From positions 2,656,001 through 2,720,000 of the forward strand of contig CBDETK010000013.1 of assembly GCA_965242865.1 (NCBI GenBank): a DNA stretch of 64,000 nt, in the 5' to 3' direction. This stretch comes from Candidatus Latescibacterota bacterium. Its GTDB lineage: Bacteria; Latescibacterota; UBA2968; UBA8231. Under the pieces are notes generated by a model that worked only from the letters and a program-made list of their open reading frames with translations, was not told where the DNA came from and did not search any database. Positions 1 through 12,940 of the stretch are shown here, in pieces. Numbering within the stretch: position 1 is the stretch's first letter; the number at the start of each line of letters is the position of its first letter. Position numbers and translations under genes: made by a program.

Positions 1-2831
<2,831 letters not shown>

Positions 2832-5800
2832 ATGGAAAAGCCGAGCCAGTACCCTCTGCCGCGCTTTTCGGTCAACCGGCCGGTGACCGTGGTGATGTCG
2901 CTGGTCGCCTTGCTGGTGGTGGGCTACATCGCGTACACGCGGATTCCGCTGACCCTCTTCCCCGGTGGCTTTGACTATCCCCGCCTCTTCGCTTGGGCGC
3001 ACTATCCCAACGCCGGAGCGGTCGAAGTGGAGCAGAAGGTGGTGCATCACCTCGAAGAGGCCGTCGCCCAAGTCAGCCGGATCAAGCGGATCCGCTCCAA
3101 CGCTTACAGCGGCGGCGGCAATGTCCAAGTCGAGTTCCAAAAAGGCACGGACCTGCAATTGGCTTTTGCCGAGATGAAGGACCGGCTCGACCGCATAATG
3201 CCCGAGCTGCCCGACGAAATTGAGCAACTGTGGGTCCGGCGCTGGGATCAAAACGACATTCCGATCATGGAGGGCGCGATCACCTTTGAGGCCCAACACG
3301 CCGACCCGCGCCAATTCATTGACGCGTACGTGGAGCCGGCGCTGCGCCGCGTCAATGGGGTCGGCAACATCGAGCTTTGGGGCGCTCCGACCCAACAAGT
3401 GATCGTCGAGCTGGACCAAAGCAAGGTCCACGGCCACCGGATCGACGTTTTCGGGGTGCTCAACAACTTGCGCGCCCAAAACCTCACGGTCCCCGGGGGC
3501 TGGGTGATCGAGGGCGGCAAGAAGATCTATGTGCGCTCGGTGGGCCGCTTTGAGGACGTCGAAGCGATCGCCAACACCGTAATTGATCCCGAGCACCAGC
3601 TGCGGCTGGGCGACATCGCCGAGGTTTCCTATAAGCGGCCGCAGCAAGACTGGGTCAACCGCATTGACCGCAAGGAGGCCCTGGCCTTCGGCGTCACCAA
3701 GGCATCCGAGGCAAATGTCGTCGAGGTTTCCAACGGGGTGAAGGAGGCGCTGGAGCAGCTAAAGGACCATCCCAAACTCGAAGGGTTGGAATTCAAGTTG
3801 TTCTGGAACCAAGGCGACCAAGTGACCAACTCGGTTGACAATCTCAAAAACTCCGGCCTGTGGGGCGGGCTGTTCGCGGCCTTAGTGCTCTTTTTCTTTT
3901 TGCGGGCGGTGCGCATCACCCTGATCATCACCTTGGCGATCCCCCTGTCCATTTTAGCGACGATTACCGCCCTGTACTTCATCGGCTGGTCGTTGAATAT
4001 GGCGACGATGATGGGGCTCATGCTGAGCTTGGGACTGGTGGTGGACAACGCCATCGTCATCGTCGAAAACATCTACCGCAAGCGCCAAGAAGGCATTGCC
4101 CCGCGCCCGGCCTCCGTTGACGGGGCCGGCGAGGTGGGGTTGGCGGTGACCATGGCGACCCTGACGACCGTGGTCGTCTTCCTGCCCCTGATTCTGATGA
4201 GCGACGAGGAAATGTTTTCGTTCTGGATGCTCAGAATCGGCCTGCCGGTCATCGCCGGGTTGGTGGCCTCCCTGCTCATCGCCCTGATCTTTATCCCGCT
4301 CGCCGCGCTCAAGCTGGCGACGAGCGAGGAAAAAAGCGAGCCCCGGGGCATCGCTTGGTGCCGCAAGCACTACGTGCGCTCGCTGGGCTGGGCACTGAAC
4401 CATCGCCTCGACGCCTTCGTCATCGCCTTGGTCCTCATGGCCAGCATCAAGATCCCGATGGATGGCATGGAGCGCACCGACAATCAGGAGCGCAACGAGG
4501 TGCGGATGGACTTGGCCTTTGAGATGCCTTCGGGCCAATCGCTGGACCAAGCCGAGCAGTTTATGGCCGTCGTCGAGGATACGGTGATGGCCCGCCAAGC
4601 CGAGTACAACGTCGAGATCATACGCACGTACTTCCGCCGCGGCTGGGGCCGGGTGACGCTGTTTTTCGCCGAGGAAGAGGACGTGGAGTGGTATCAGGTG
4701 GCTTGGGACAATTTGGGCGTCGCGCTGGGCCTAAAGGAACGGGCTTACCTCCCCTACAAGGAGGTCGAACAGGATCTCCGCGAGCGGCTCTACCTGCCGC
4801 CGGGCGTCGCCCTGCGGGTCAACTGGGAAAACCCCGAGCAGGATGCCCGCGTCAACGTCAGCCTGTACGGCGAGGATACCGAAGTGCTGGTCGGATTAGC
4901 GGCCGAGGTCGAGCGGCGGCTGGAGAGCATCCCCGGCTTGCTGTCGGTCAACACCGACATGGACCGCGGCGGCACCGAGCTACAGGTGCGCCTCAACCGC
5001 GACCAAGTGCAGCGCCTCGGCGTGGATCCTCAAGTCATTTCGGGAGGCATTGCCTACGCCCTGCGCGGCACGGATATCAACAAGTTCCACACCGACGACG
5101 GCCGCGAAGTCGATATCCGCGTGCAGCTCGCCGAGTACGGCCACCACAGCTTAGACGACCTCCGCACTCAGCGTTTTCCCACCGCAGATGGCCGAGAAGT
5201 GGCCCTCGAATCGCTGGCAGACATCTACGTCGAGCGCACCCTAGGCAATATCCAGCGCGAGAACCGCCAGACCATGCTCAACGTCAGTGCCCGCGCCGCT
5301 AAGGACCGAGCGCAGCATCTTTTTGCCCAAGTCGATCGGGCGATGCAGGGCTTTGAGATGCCGCGCGGCTATCGCTGGGACAAAGGCTCTCGCTTTGAGG
5401 AGCTCGAGGAGCAAGACCAGTCGCGGAAATTCGCCCTTATCATGTCCGTGACCTTCGTCTTTCTGCTGATGGGGGTGCTCTTTGAGTCGTTCGTGCTGCC
5501 GCTTTCTGTGATCGTGTCGATCCCATTCTCCTTCCTCGGCGTTTACTGGGTTCTATACCTGACGGACACGCCCTTTGAAATCATGTCGATGATCGGCTCG
5601 GTGATCCTGATCGGGGTGGTGGTCAACAACGCCATCGTGCTGATCGATTTGGCCAACCGGCTGCGGGCCGAGGGCAAGTCGCGCTACGACGCGCTGCTAG
5701 AGGCCGGCCGCCACCGCTTCCGGCCCATTCTGATGACGACCTTCACCACTGCTTTCGGGCTGATTCCAATGGCCGCGGGCAATTCCAAGATGGTGGGTTT

Positions 5801-5981
5801 GGCTTACGCGCCGCTGGGTCGGACGATGATCGGGGGCTTGCTGGCGGCGATGGTGCTGACACTGCTGCTGGTGCCGCTGTTTTACACCTTTTTCGATGAC
5901 TTCCGCACGGCCATGCAGCGGATTATGACGTCGGCGTTTGGACGCGAGGCGGCTCATCGTCCCAAGCGGAAGACCTCGTAA
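2832..5981 (+). CDS. RND efflux permease, second subunit (MdtC-like)
   Basis: 1049 aa. Motifs SVNRPVTV, GLVVDNAIV, GVVVNNAIVL, RFRPILMT. ATG directly follows the upstream stop. Confidence 0.93.
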   Translation: MEKPSQYPLPRFSVNRPVTVVMSLVALLVVGYIAYTRIPLTLFPGGFDYPRLFAWAHYPNAGAVEVEQKVVHHLEEAVAQVSRIKRIRSNAYSGGGNVQVEFQKGTDLQLAFAEMKDRLDRIMPELPDEIEQLWVRRWDQNDIPIMEGAITFEAQHADPRQFIDAYVEPALRRVNGVGNIELWGAPTQQVIVELDQSKVHGHRIDVFGVLNNLRAQNLTVPGGWVIEGGKKIYVRSVGRFEDVEAIANTVIDPEHQLRLGDIAEVSYKRPQQDWVNRIDRKEALAFGVTKASEANVVEVSNGVKEALEQLKDHPKLEGLEFKLFWNQGDQVTNSVDNLKNSGLWGGLFAALVLFFFLRAVRITLIITLAIPLSILATITALYFIGWSLNMATMMGLMLSLGLVVDNAIVIVENIYRKRQEGIAPRPASVDGAGEVGLAVTMATLTTVVVFLPLILMSDEEMFSFWMLRIGLPVIAGLVASLLIALIFIPLAALKLATSEEKSEPRGIAWCRKHYVRSLGWALNHRLDAFVIALVLMASIKIPMDGMERTDNQERNEVRMDLAFEMPSGQSLDQAEQFMAVVEDTVMARQAEYNVEIIRTYFRRGWGRVTLFFAEEEDVEWYQVAWDNLGVALGLKERAYLPYKEVEQDLRERLYLPPGVALRVNWENPEQDARVNVSLYGEDTEVLVGLAAEVERRLESIPGLLSVNTDMDRGGTELQVRLNRDQVQRLGVDPQVISGGIAYALRGTDINKFHTDDGREVDIRVQLAEYGHHSLDDLRTQRFPTADGREVALESLADIYVERTLGNIQRENRQTMLNVSARAAKDRAQHLFAQVDRAMQGFEMPRGYRWDKGSRFEELEEQDQSRKFALIMSVTFVFLLMGVLFESFVLPLSVIVSIPFSFLGVYWVLYLTDTPFEIMSMIGSVILIGVVVNNAIVLIDLANRLRAEGKSRYDALLEAGRHRFRPILMTTFTTAFGLIPMAAGNSKMVGLAYAPLGRTMIGGLLAAMVLTLLLVPLFYTFFDDFRTAMQRIMTSAFGREAAHRPKRKTS

Positions 5982-7444
5982 GGCACGGAGGGACAGCCAG
6001 CACGGCCGCGATCAATTTCCGCGATCCATTCCCGCCGGGGATACCTAGCGCGCAGCGATTCGGGAACCGTGCCGCCCGTTCGCACGGCGAAGAGCACTTC
6101 TGCTGGATAGGATGCCTCGCGCTGTCCGTAAAAATCCGTCAGGTTTCGGAATCTCGGGTCATCCACCGTGTAGTACGCCCGCTCGGTCCGCCCATAATAC
6201 GCCAGCGCGAACGGTATGCTGTACTGAGTACTCAGCAGCGGCAGCCGGGGTAAAACCTCCTCCGCGTCCGCGGCCCAGCGACGCCAACCGCTGTACTCGC
6301 AGAGCCGCTCGCTCCACGAATGGGAAGGCTCGCGCACCTGATCTTCCGGCGACACCAACCCAACATAGCTTTGGTCCAGCCCGCTGCGCTCGATGAGGGT
6401 GCTGTAGAGCGCGGGGTATTTCAGGCCTAGGCCGATGGCGAGCGATTGCAGCAGCCCGGTGGCGACGAGGGCGACGAGCAGCCAGCGTCTGGGCTGGGCC
6501 GCAAACGCCGCCGGCCACAGGCTCAGCAAGCCCGGCAGCAGCCAGTTGCCCTTGATTTGACCGCGCCCGAGCGCGAAAAACAAAAACGCGCCGACCGTGC
6601 AGAGCGCGGGAAGGAGGGCGAGGAGGTCCGCCCGCCGCCAACCGACCCACAGCAGAACCAGCAAAAACGGCGACACAAAAAAGAGCGGACTGACCGCAAA
6701 GAAGAGCAGGCGGGCGAGCGGATGGCCGAGGTCGTCAATCCGCGAAAGCGTACTCAGGGCCTGCGGCAGGTAGAAGCCGGTGCTGAACTGGGCGTAGGTA
6801 AGCGGCGCGGTAACGGCAAAGGCGGGCAGCAGGAACGCGGCGAGCCGATGCCAACGCCCTTTCCTTGGGTGCCCGAGCGCGATCCACAGGCCGAGCCCGC
6901 CGACGAGAAAGGCCCCCGAGTACTTGCAGAGGACGGCCAAGCCCGCCGCTAGGCCCGTGCATACATAAGGCCGGAGTGCGTTGGTTGCCGTGGCCCGCCG
7001 CGCCATGCACAGGGCCAGCAGCCAACAAGGAACTAAGAAGCCATCGGGATGCAGGTAGGAGCTGGTGTGCCAAGTCCAGTGGCTGAGCGCGAAGGCAGCG
7101 GCCGCCCACCGCGCCCGTTGCTCGGCGAGGCCCTGCATCCGGCAAAGCCAATAGACGAGCGCGGTAGAAAACGCGCCCAACAAAGCCGAGGGCAGCCGCA
7201 AAAACCACTCTTGGTGCGGGTAGAGCGCGTGGGCCAGCTTAAAGACCGCCAAGGGCAAGAGCGCGTAGGAAGCGTCGAGGTGCTGGCCCCAATACCAGTA
7301 AACGGCCTCGTCCTTGCCCAGCTCCACCCCGGCGACCAGCCAGAGCTTGAGCAAGGTATAGACGCCCAGCAGGGACAGCAGATTGACGCTGTTGGGGCCG
7401 CCGCGTATATTGTGAAACCCAAACTTAGCAGACAATTTCAGCAT
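5954..7444 (-). CDS. Glycosyltransferase family 39 (ArnT/PMT-like) membrane protein
   Basis: DEAVYWYWGQHLD..Y motif, RLPS, GLAVLCKYSG, many TM segments. Start codon uncertain. Confidence 0.8.
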   Translation of the reverse strand: MLKLSAKFGFHNIRGGPNSVNLLSLLGVYTLLKLWLVAGVELGKDEAVYWYWGQHLDASYALLPLAVFKLAHALYPHQEWFLRLPSALLGAFSTALVYWLCRMQGLAEQRARWAAAAFALSHWTWHTSSYLHPDGFLVPCWLLALCMARRATATNALRPYVCTGLAAGLAVLCKYSGAFLVGGLGLWIALGHPRKGRWHRLAAFLLPAFAVTAPLTYAQFSTGFYLPQALSTLSRIDDLGHPLARLLFFAVSPLFFVSPFLLVLLWVGWRRADLLALLPALCTVGAFLFFALGRGQIKGNWLLPGLLSLWPAAFAAQPRRWLLVALVATGLLQSLAIGLGLKYPALYSTLIERSGLDQSYVGLVSPEDQVREPSHSWSERLCEYSGWRRWAADAEEVLPRLPLLSTQYSIPFALAYYGRTERAYYTVDDPRFRNLTDFYGQREASYPAEVLFAVRTGGTVPESLRARYPRREWIAEIDRGRAGCPSVPYEVFRLGR

Positions 7445-7459
7445 TGTGGAGATGGTTTA

Positions 7460-8068
7460 ATGGCCGCAAAAGACGATGACTTGCTCAAGAATCTGCAAGA
7501 GAAAAACCTAGAGCAAAGCCTGTACAAAGCGCGCAAAATTTTCCTTTGGTCCGACGTCAACGACGAGTCGGCCAAGGCCGTAGTCACCCGCCTGCTCTCG
7601 CTAGACGCCGAGGATCCCACCGCGGAAATCGTCCTCTACATCAACAGCCCCGGCGGCTCGGTCTCCGATGGCATGGCCGTTTACGACGCCATGCTGGCGA
7701 TTCAGGCCCCGGTTTCCACCGTGTGCATGGGCATGGCCATGAGCATGGGGTCGTTTCTGCTGTCGGCTGGCGAGGCGGGGCGTCGCTTCGCTTGGCCGCA
7801 CGCCCGGATTATGATCCATCAGCCGAGCCTCCTCCACACCATCACCGGCACGGCCATTGACCTCGACATCCGCGCCAAGGAGACGATCCGCCTGCGCGAA
7901 GAGCTAAACGCGCTCTACGCCAAGCACACCGGCCAATCGGTCGAAAAGATCGCCAAGGACACGGACCGCGACTTTTTCATGTCGGCCGAGGAAGCCAAGG
8001 CGTATGGCCTGCTCGACGACATAATCACCACCACCGCCCCCTCGCCCAACGGGTATGCCAAAAAGTAG
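7460..8068 (+). CDS. clpP: ATP-dependent Clp protease proteolytic subunit
   Basis: YINSPGG, MSMGSFLL (Ser), MIHQP (His), TDRDFFMSAEEAKAYGL. GGAGA RBS upstream of ATG 7460. Confidence 0.95.
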   Translation: MAAKDDDLLKNLQEKNLEQSLYKARKIFLWSDVNDESAKAVVTRLLSLDAEDPTAEIVLYINSPGGSVSDGMAVYDAMLAIQAPVSTVCMGMAMSMGSFLLSAGEAGRRFAWPHARIMIHQPSLLHTITGTAIDLDIRAKETIRLREELNALYAKHTGQSVEKIAKDTDRDFFMSAEEAKAYGLLDDIITTTAPSPNGYAKK

Positions 8069-8122
8069 CATCGTCCCTTCGCGGCTTGCTCATCGCGCCG
8101 GTCCCAAGCGGGGCCGGCGTTT

Positions 8123-8929
8123 TTATTGGCAACTCGGGCAATAGAAGGTGTTGCGGCCCCCCAAGTAGAAGCTCTCAACCGGCGCGTCGCAGACGCGGCA
8201 GTCCTCGCCTCGGCGGCCGTACACATAGAGCCGCTGTTGAAAGCGTCCCCCCGCCCCCGATCCTTGATAGTCGCTGATGGTCGTGCCGCCCTGGTCAATG
8301 GCGACGCGCAGCACCTTTTTGATCTCCTCGGCGAGCCGGGCCAAGCGCGGCGGCGCAAGGGCGGCGGCCGGAGTCGCCGGATGAATGCGCGCCCGGAACA
8401 GGGCCTCGCTGGCGTAGATATTGCCCACGCCGACGACCGTGCGATTATCCATAATGAGGTTCTTGATCGGGGTTTTGCGCCGCTGGCATTGGGCTTGGAG
8501 GTAGCGGGCGTTAAAGGCGCACGAGAGAGGCTCGGGGCCGAGGTGTTGCAGGTAGCGGCACGTGTGCTCCTCGCCCGCCTCGAGCACCTGCACTAGGCCA
8601 AAGCGCCGCGGATCGTTGAACACCACAGCCCCCCCGTCAGCCAACTCAAAGCCCACGTGGTCGTGCTTCGTGCCCCATGGCCGCAGGAGCAGGTTGCCGC
8701 TCATGCCGAGATGGACCAAGAGCGTCCGGCCCGCTTGCAGGTCGAGGAGGAGGAATTTGGCGCGGCGGCGAGCCCCGGCAAAGCAATCTCCGACCAAGGA
8801 GCGCAACGCGGCCCTCGGCAAAGGCTCGCGCAGGCGTTTTGCACTGACGCGGACGCGGGCAATCGGCCGGCCTAGCAGGTGGCACTCCAGCGCACGGCGG
8901 ACGGTTTCGACCTCGGGAAGCTCGGGCAT
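8123..8929 (-). CDS. mutM: Formamidopyrimidine-DNA glycosylase
   Basis: MPELPEVE N-terminus, HLGMSG, DPRRFG, GVGNIYASE, C-terminal CRVC...CPSCQ zinc finger. Confidence 0.97.
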   Translation of the reverse strand: MPELPEVETVRRALECHLLGRPIARVRVSAKRLREPLPRAALRSLVGDCFAGARRRAKFLLLDLQAGRTLLVHLGMSGNLLLRPWGTKHDHVGFELADGGAVVFNDPRRFGLVQVLEAGEEHTCRYLQHLGPEPLSCAFNARYLQAQCQRRKTPIKNLIMDNRTVVGVGNIYASEALFRARIHPATPAAALAPPRLARLAEEIKKVLRVAIDQGGTTISDYQGSGAGGRFQQRLYVYGRRGEDCRVCDAPVESFYLGGRNTFYCPSCQ

Positions 8930-8935
8930 GGGCAG

Positions 8936-8964
8936 AGTATAGAAGCCGCCCTTAGAGGCGTCAA
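8936..8964 (-). promoter_or_regulatory. Sigma70-type promoter of mutM, probably leaderless
   Basis: Minus strand TTGACG-N17-TATACT, then 6 nt to the ATG, no SD. Confidence 0.6.
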
Positions 8965-9030
8965 ACATTGCCGCCCGGTCTGCGGTTGGTATATTGAAAC
9001 CCTCACCTCAAAACCCAGGAGCTATTCCGC

Positions 9031-10332
9031 ATGGATCTGACCAAACAACCGCCTCGCCGCCCCTCCAACGCCCGCGTCGCCGGCATCGTCGGGCTGGCGC
9101 GCATGATCGACAAGGCGCGTGGCCACAACGCCGAGACCATTGGCGCATTCAAGTATGGCGACGAGTCCGGCCTCGATGTCGAAGTGCTCGAATTTATCAA
9201 CATGAACGCCGCCGAATTCGCCGAGGCCGTCGGCGAATTGAGCGATGCGGCTTTGGGCGAATTGGCCCTAGAAAGAGCGCAGAAAAGCCAAGCCGAGCTC
9301 GACGCCTTCAACGAGGAACACCTCGCCCGCGAGCCGCAAGACGAACTACACGAGCGGCTGCTCGTTGAGCGGATCGCCCAGTACGCCCCAGAGCGCACGG
9401 ACATCAAAACGGTCTTCGCCTCCATTGAGCTAGACGACTGGGGGGCCTTTCGGGACTTGGACCTGACCGCCCAGCCGCCGCGCAGCCCGTACCTCCGCAG
9501 CGTCTTTGGCGTGGCGGGCGCGGCGCGCATGGCCGACAAGGCGCGGGCCGTCACCGGCGGCCAGCTCGGGGAGTACCGCTTTGGGGCCGACTCCAGCCAA
9601 GACGCGGCCATTTTGGATTTCTTGGGCCTTGCCGAGGACGCCTTTCGCCAAGCGGCTTACGAAAACCCCAACGACCACGAGTTGAGCGAGTGGATCGCCG
9701 ACCGCTGCGAGAAATCGGCTGCGGACAAAAGCGTCTTCAACGCTTGGCGCGCCAACGTCGGCCGCTACGGCGAGATGCACCAGCGGCTCGCGCTGCGCCG
9801 GGCCGAGGTCGCGCCCGAGCGCGGGGACATCGAGACCTTCTTCGACCTGCAAGACCTCGACGACGAATTGAGCTTTGGGCTGACGGACTTGCGCCGGCAC
9901 CCGCCGCGCAGCCCCTTTGACCAGAGCGTCGGTGGCCTCGCCTGCCTAGCGCGGATGATCGACAAATTCCGCGCCCAAGCAGACCATTGCCTCGGCGAGT
10001 ACTGGTGCGGCGAGGATTCGGGTTTCGACCGTGCGGTGCTGGATTTTCTCGGCCTCAACGCGGCGGTTTTTGCCGAGGCCATTGCGGCCAACGGAACCGA
10101 CGACTCCTTAGTGGCGTGGCTGGGCGGGCGGCTAGCCGACAAGGGCGAGGACGAGAAGGCGCGGTTCAACCAACGGCTCCTGACGGCCGGGCCGCGCAAC
10201 GACCGGCAGCAGAGCTTTTTGCGCGCCGCCATCGCCCGGCTCGACGCCTCGCGCACGGACATCGAGAGCTTTGCGGCCCTGACCCTCCTCGACGACGCGG
10301 TCTCCTTCGCCCGGCTCAAGGCCGGCGTCTGA
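9031..10332 (+). CDS. Protein with three tandem DUF5069-like domains
   Basis: Three repeats of DLxxxPPRxP...G..GxARMxDKxRA....GEYxxG.DS..D..xLxF. AGGAG RBS. Confidence 0.75.
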   Translation: MDLTKQPPRRPSNARVAGIVGLARMIDKARGHNAETIGAFKYGDESGLDVEVLEFINMNAAEFAEAVGELSDAALGELALERAQKSQAELDAFNEEHLAREPQDELHERLLVERIAQYAPERTDIKTVFASIELDDWGAFRDLDLTAQPPRSPYLRSVFGVAGAARMADKARAVTGGQLGEYRFGADSSQDAAILDFLGLAEDAFRQAAYENPNDHELSEWIADRCEKSAADKSVFNAWRANVGRYGEMHQRLALRRAEVAPERGDIETFFDLQDLDDELSFGLTDLRRHPPRSPFDQSVGGLACLARMIDKFRAQADHCLGEYWCGEDSGFDRAVLDFLGLNAAVFAEAIAANGTDDSLVAWLGGRLADKGEDEKARFNQRLLTAGPRNDRQQSFLRAAIARLDASRTDIESFAALTLLDDAVSFARLKAGV

Positions 10333-11027
10333 TGTCCCGCCCGCTCATCGGCATCACCAGCAGCCTAAACGCCAGCGGCGAGCAAACCCTCGACGCCCAC
10401 TACGTAGAAGCGGTCGCGCAGGCGGGCGGCGCACCGCTCGTGCTGCCGATGAGCGCAGACTGCACCGCGCTGCAAGCCGTACTAGAGCGCATTGACGGGC
10501 TGTTGATCACCGGCGGCCCGGGCATTGAGCGCGGCCTGATCGGCACCCTGCCCAGCGATCTGCCGCCGGTTGCGGCCCAGCGCGACCGAGCGGACCGCTG
10601 GAGCTTTGCGACCGCGCAAGCGCGTCGGTTGCCGGTTTTGGGCATCTGCTATGGAATGCAGTTTATCAGTGCCGAGTTGGGTGGCACGATTTGGGCGGAC
10701 GTGGAAGCCCAGCTCGGGGTTGAGCCGCATGGGCGACCGCGAACGGCGGGCGAGCGCATTGAGCACGATCTCCAAGTCGAGCCGGGCACGGTGCTGGCCG
10801 CGCTGAGCCATGCTGGGGCGTCGCGGGTCAATTCCAATCACGTGCAGGCCATTGACCGGCCCGGCGCGGGCTTGGCGATCAGCGGGCGCAGCGCCGATGG
10901 CGTCGTGGAGGCGGTTGAGAGCGCGGATGGGCGTTTAATCGGCGTACAGTTTCACCCGGAGCTCATGCTTGGGACGATCTGGTCTAAGCTATTCGACCAC
11001 TTGGTGAGCCGAGCGAGGCGATGCTGA
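10332..11027 (+). CDS. Gamma-glutamyl-GABA hydrolase family (peptidase C26, class I glutamine amidotransferase)
   Basis: MSRPLIGIT, GLLITGG, LGICYG (Cys), VNSNH, GVQFHPE. TGATG overlap with the upstream gene. Confidence 0.88.
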   Translation: MSRPLIGITSSLNASGEQTLDAHYVEAVAQAGGAPLVLPMSADCTALQAVLERIDGLLITGGPGIERGLIGTLPSDLPPVAAQRDRADRWSFATAQARRLPVLGICYGMQFISAELGGTIWADVEAQLGVEPHGRPRTAGERIEHDLQVEPGTVLAALSHAGASRVNSNHVQAIDRPGAGLAISGRSADGVVEAVESADGRLIGVQFHPELMLGTIWSKLFDHLVSRARRC

Positions 11028-11058
11028 AGGAGTAATGCGGATTAAGGAAGGATTAGTA

Positions 11059-11170
11059 TATAGCCGTCCTAAATGACTTGAAAGCATGGAATGTTGATCG
11101 CCCCTGTTTTTTGTTACGAGGCGTCATTCCCGCGAACGCGGGAATCCAGTCTTGAAGGATGTAGAATTAC
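11059..11170. mobile_element. MITE-like element, copy 1 (TATAGC left end, ATTCCCGC..GCGGGAAT palindromic core)
   Basis: TATAGCCGTCCTAAATGA at 11059. GTCATTCCCGCGAACGCGGGAATCCAG at 11123-11149. Downstream sequence resembles the copy at 45475-45524. Confidence 0.55.
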
Positions 11171-11226
11171 CAAGGCTGGTCTCAATTTTGTCTGCGACAG
11201 ATCGGAGAATGGAAATGGCACTAAGA

Positions 11227-11442
11227 CTATTGATCTTGCTGTAGGTGTGCCCATGCAGCATCCTCCTCTGGGCGATTCCAGTCTTCAGCTAATGCGGCTT
11301 CACTAAGCAAGGCGGTTTCAGCCATAGCCGATTCAGCGGAGAGGATCGTCACAAATGCACGTTGAGGCTTGGGCAACTGGACCGGCTCCAGTAAGCTCAC
11401 ATTGCCTTGTTCATCAGTGTCCAGTAGAACTTTAGGTAACAA
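11227..11442 (-). pseudogene. Small antitoxin-like protein, probably 5'-truncated, with no adjacent toxin
   Basis: DEQGNVSLLEPV...RAFVTIL and LLSEAALAEDWNRPEEDAAWAHL resemble antitoxins usually paired with PemK/MazF toxins. Confidence 0.5.
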
Positions 11443-11504
11443 AAAAGGAAAGCCCTAGTCAAGCTATAACCAGTGCCCCGAGCGGTATGTAGTTCACGGG
11501 TTAG

Positions 11505-11600
11505 GTTCAGTTGGGTGTTGAGTTTTGGCGCGGCGGCTGAGGTGCTGGAGCCGGAGGCATTGTGGGCGGCGGTGCGGGCGGTGCGAGGGTTGTATGACGA
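11505..11600 (+). pseudogene. C-terminal fragment of a WYL-domain regulator
   Basis: FSWVLSFGAAAEVLEPEAL is the typical C-terminal motif of WYL (PafB/C-like) proteins. The rest of the gene is absent. Confidence 0.6.
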
Positions 11601-11704
11601 GGGGCGACGTGATCTGTCTCAGATCATCGAATACGCGCAGACCGACCTACGGTCAGCAGCACCAAGTTACGCAAAGACAGAGCCGATCCAAGCGTCGCTG
11701 ACTC

Positions 11705-12940
11705 CTATGCTTCTATAAGCGTTTCCCCCCACGTTGCAAGGGGAGTAGCGAGCGCATCAATGATACATTTTTCAAGTTCTCCCCGCTTCTCCAAATCAAT
11801 CACTTTATCGCGACCCCATTCCCGAGAGACCGAGAATCCCGGGATGACATTGAGGCTCTGCCTCTTTGTCTTGTTAAACTCGGCTTCGATCTCTCTTCGA
11901 CCTTCAGAACTAATAAGGCGATCGTGTTCCCATTGCTTGGCCAAGCACAACAGTTCATCCCGACACTTTTTGCCATACAAAGACCCATCTGAAAAGCGGT
12001 CCAAATATTCACGAGTTTCCAAATCCGTTTCGGCCCAGATCAAGCCCTTGCTCATAAAGGAGAAACGGAGATTGGGTTTGACCTCCCACTCTTTCAAGGC
12101 GAGAAAGGCTTCCTTGTCGACAGCTTCGTAAAAACGGCGGGCTTGCCAGACGGTATCTGCTGGATACAGCTTTACTTGGAGTTTCCAAGGCTTCGACTCG
12201 GAGATCAAAATGAAGACCATTTGAGCAATTTTATCCGGCCGGAATAAGAAGTCCCTATCCTCCAAATCTGTCTTACTTGCTAAAGTAGCCAATAGAGAGG
12301 CACAGCGTCTTTCTAGTGCTTCAGGTCTGTCACCGCAGAGTTCGAAGGTGCGATAGGGAGTCAACTCAGGATGGACTTTCTCCACGAACGACAGGAAATC
12401 ACTAGCGATCTCGCGGCTGCTGAAATGCGCGATGCCTGACTCGGCGTACTTGAGCACACCTTCCAGAATTTCTGACCACTCCAAGCATATCGCCGAATGA
12501 TGTAGCGTGTTATCGTCAATGTCACCCGAGAATGACTTTTTGCTCGGCGACAACTGCTCCTCCCATACGGCACCATGATGGAGTTTGTTTTCGATAATCA
12601 AGGTCATGCAGTTTGGGTACTCAATTATGCCATCATACCTAGGATTACGACCTGACCATTCGACCCTTATTTTTTTTTGAATAGGCGCATCGGTAAGGAG
12701 GATGGAAACAAGAGGAGTAGTGGACGATTCAATCCACTCGGTCTGCGTTGAGACATTCGCCGGCTCCCAAGTATTGACGTGCGTCCGAAGCTTGGGAGGT
12801 AGCCGCGATTCCACCAGTTCACGCAGGAAGTTCTGTAGGGATGGATCGTATTTAAGAGCTACGAGAAACGCCCAAGTCAAGCGATCTTCATGATGCCTAT
12901 ACCGAGAATCAAAGGGGTTAAACAGATTTGAGCGGTTCAT
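11705..12940 (-). CDS. PD-(D/E)XK nuclease-family protein
   Basis: HEDRLTWAF, then YDGII...LIIENK. AAGGAG RBS, lower GC. Confidence 0.7.
   Translation of the reverse strand: MNRSNLFNPFDSRYRHHEDRLTWAFLVALKYDPSLQNFLRELVESRLPPKLRTHVNTWEPANVSTQTEWIESSTTPLVSILLTDAPIQKKIRVEWSGRNPRYDGIIEYPNCMTLIIENKLHHGAVWEEQLSPSKKSFSGDIDDNTLHHSAICLEWSEILEGVLKYAESGIAHFSSREIASDFLSFVEKVHPELTPYRTFELCGDRPEALERRCASLLATLASKTDLEDRDFLFRPDKIAQMVFILISESKPWKLQVKLYPADTVWQARRFYEAVDKEAFLALKEWEVKPNLRFSFMSKGLIWAETDLETREYLDRFSDGSLYGKKCRDELLCLAKQWEHDRLISSEGRREIEAEFNKTKRQSLNVIPGFSVSREWGRDKVIDLEKRGELEKCIIDALATPLATWGETLIEA

Noticed and set aside
7049-7459. Long N-terminal extensions called for clpP and several other ORFs (9987, 23656, 28726, 33237, 55961, 57058)
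   Set aside because: They overlap neighbouring genes; downstream ATGs with an RBS or stop-start coupling match the family N-termini.
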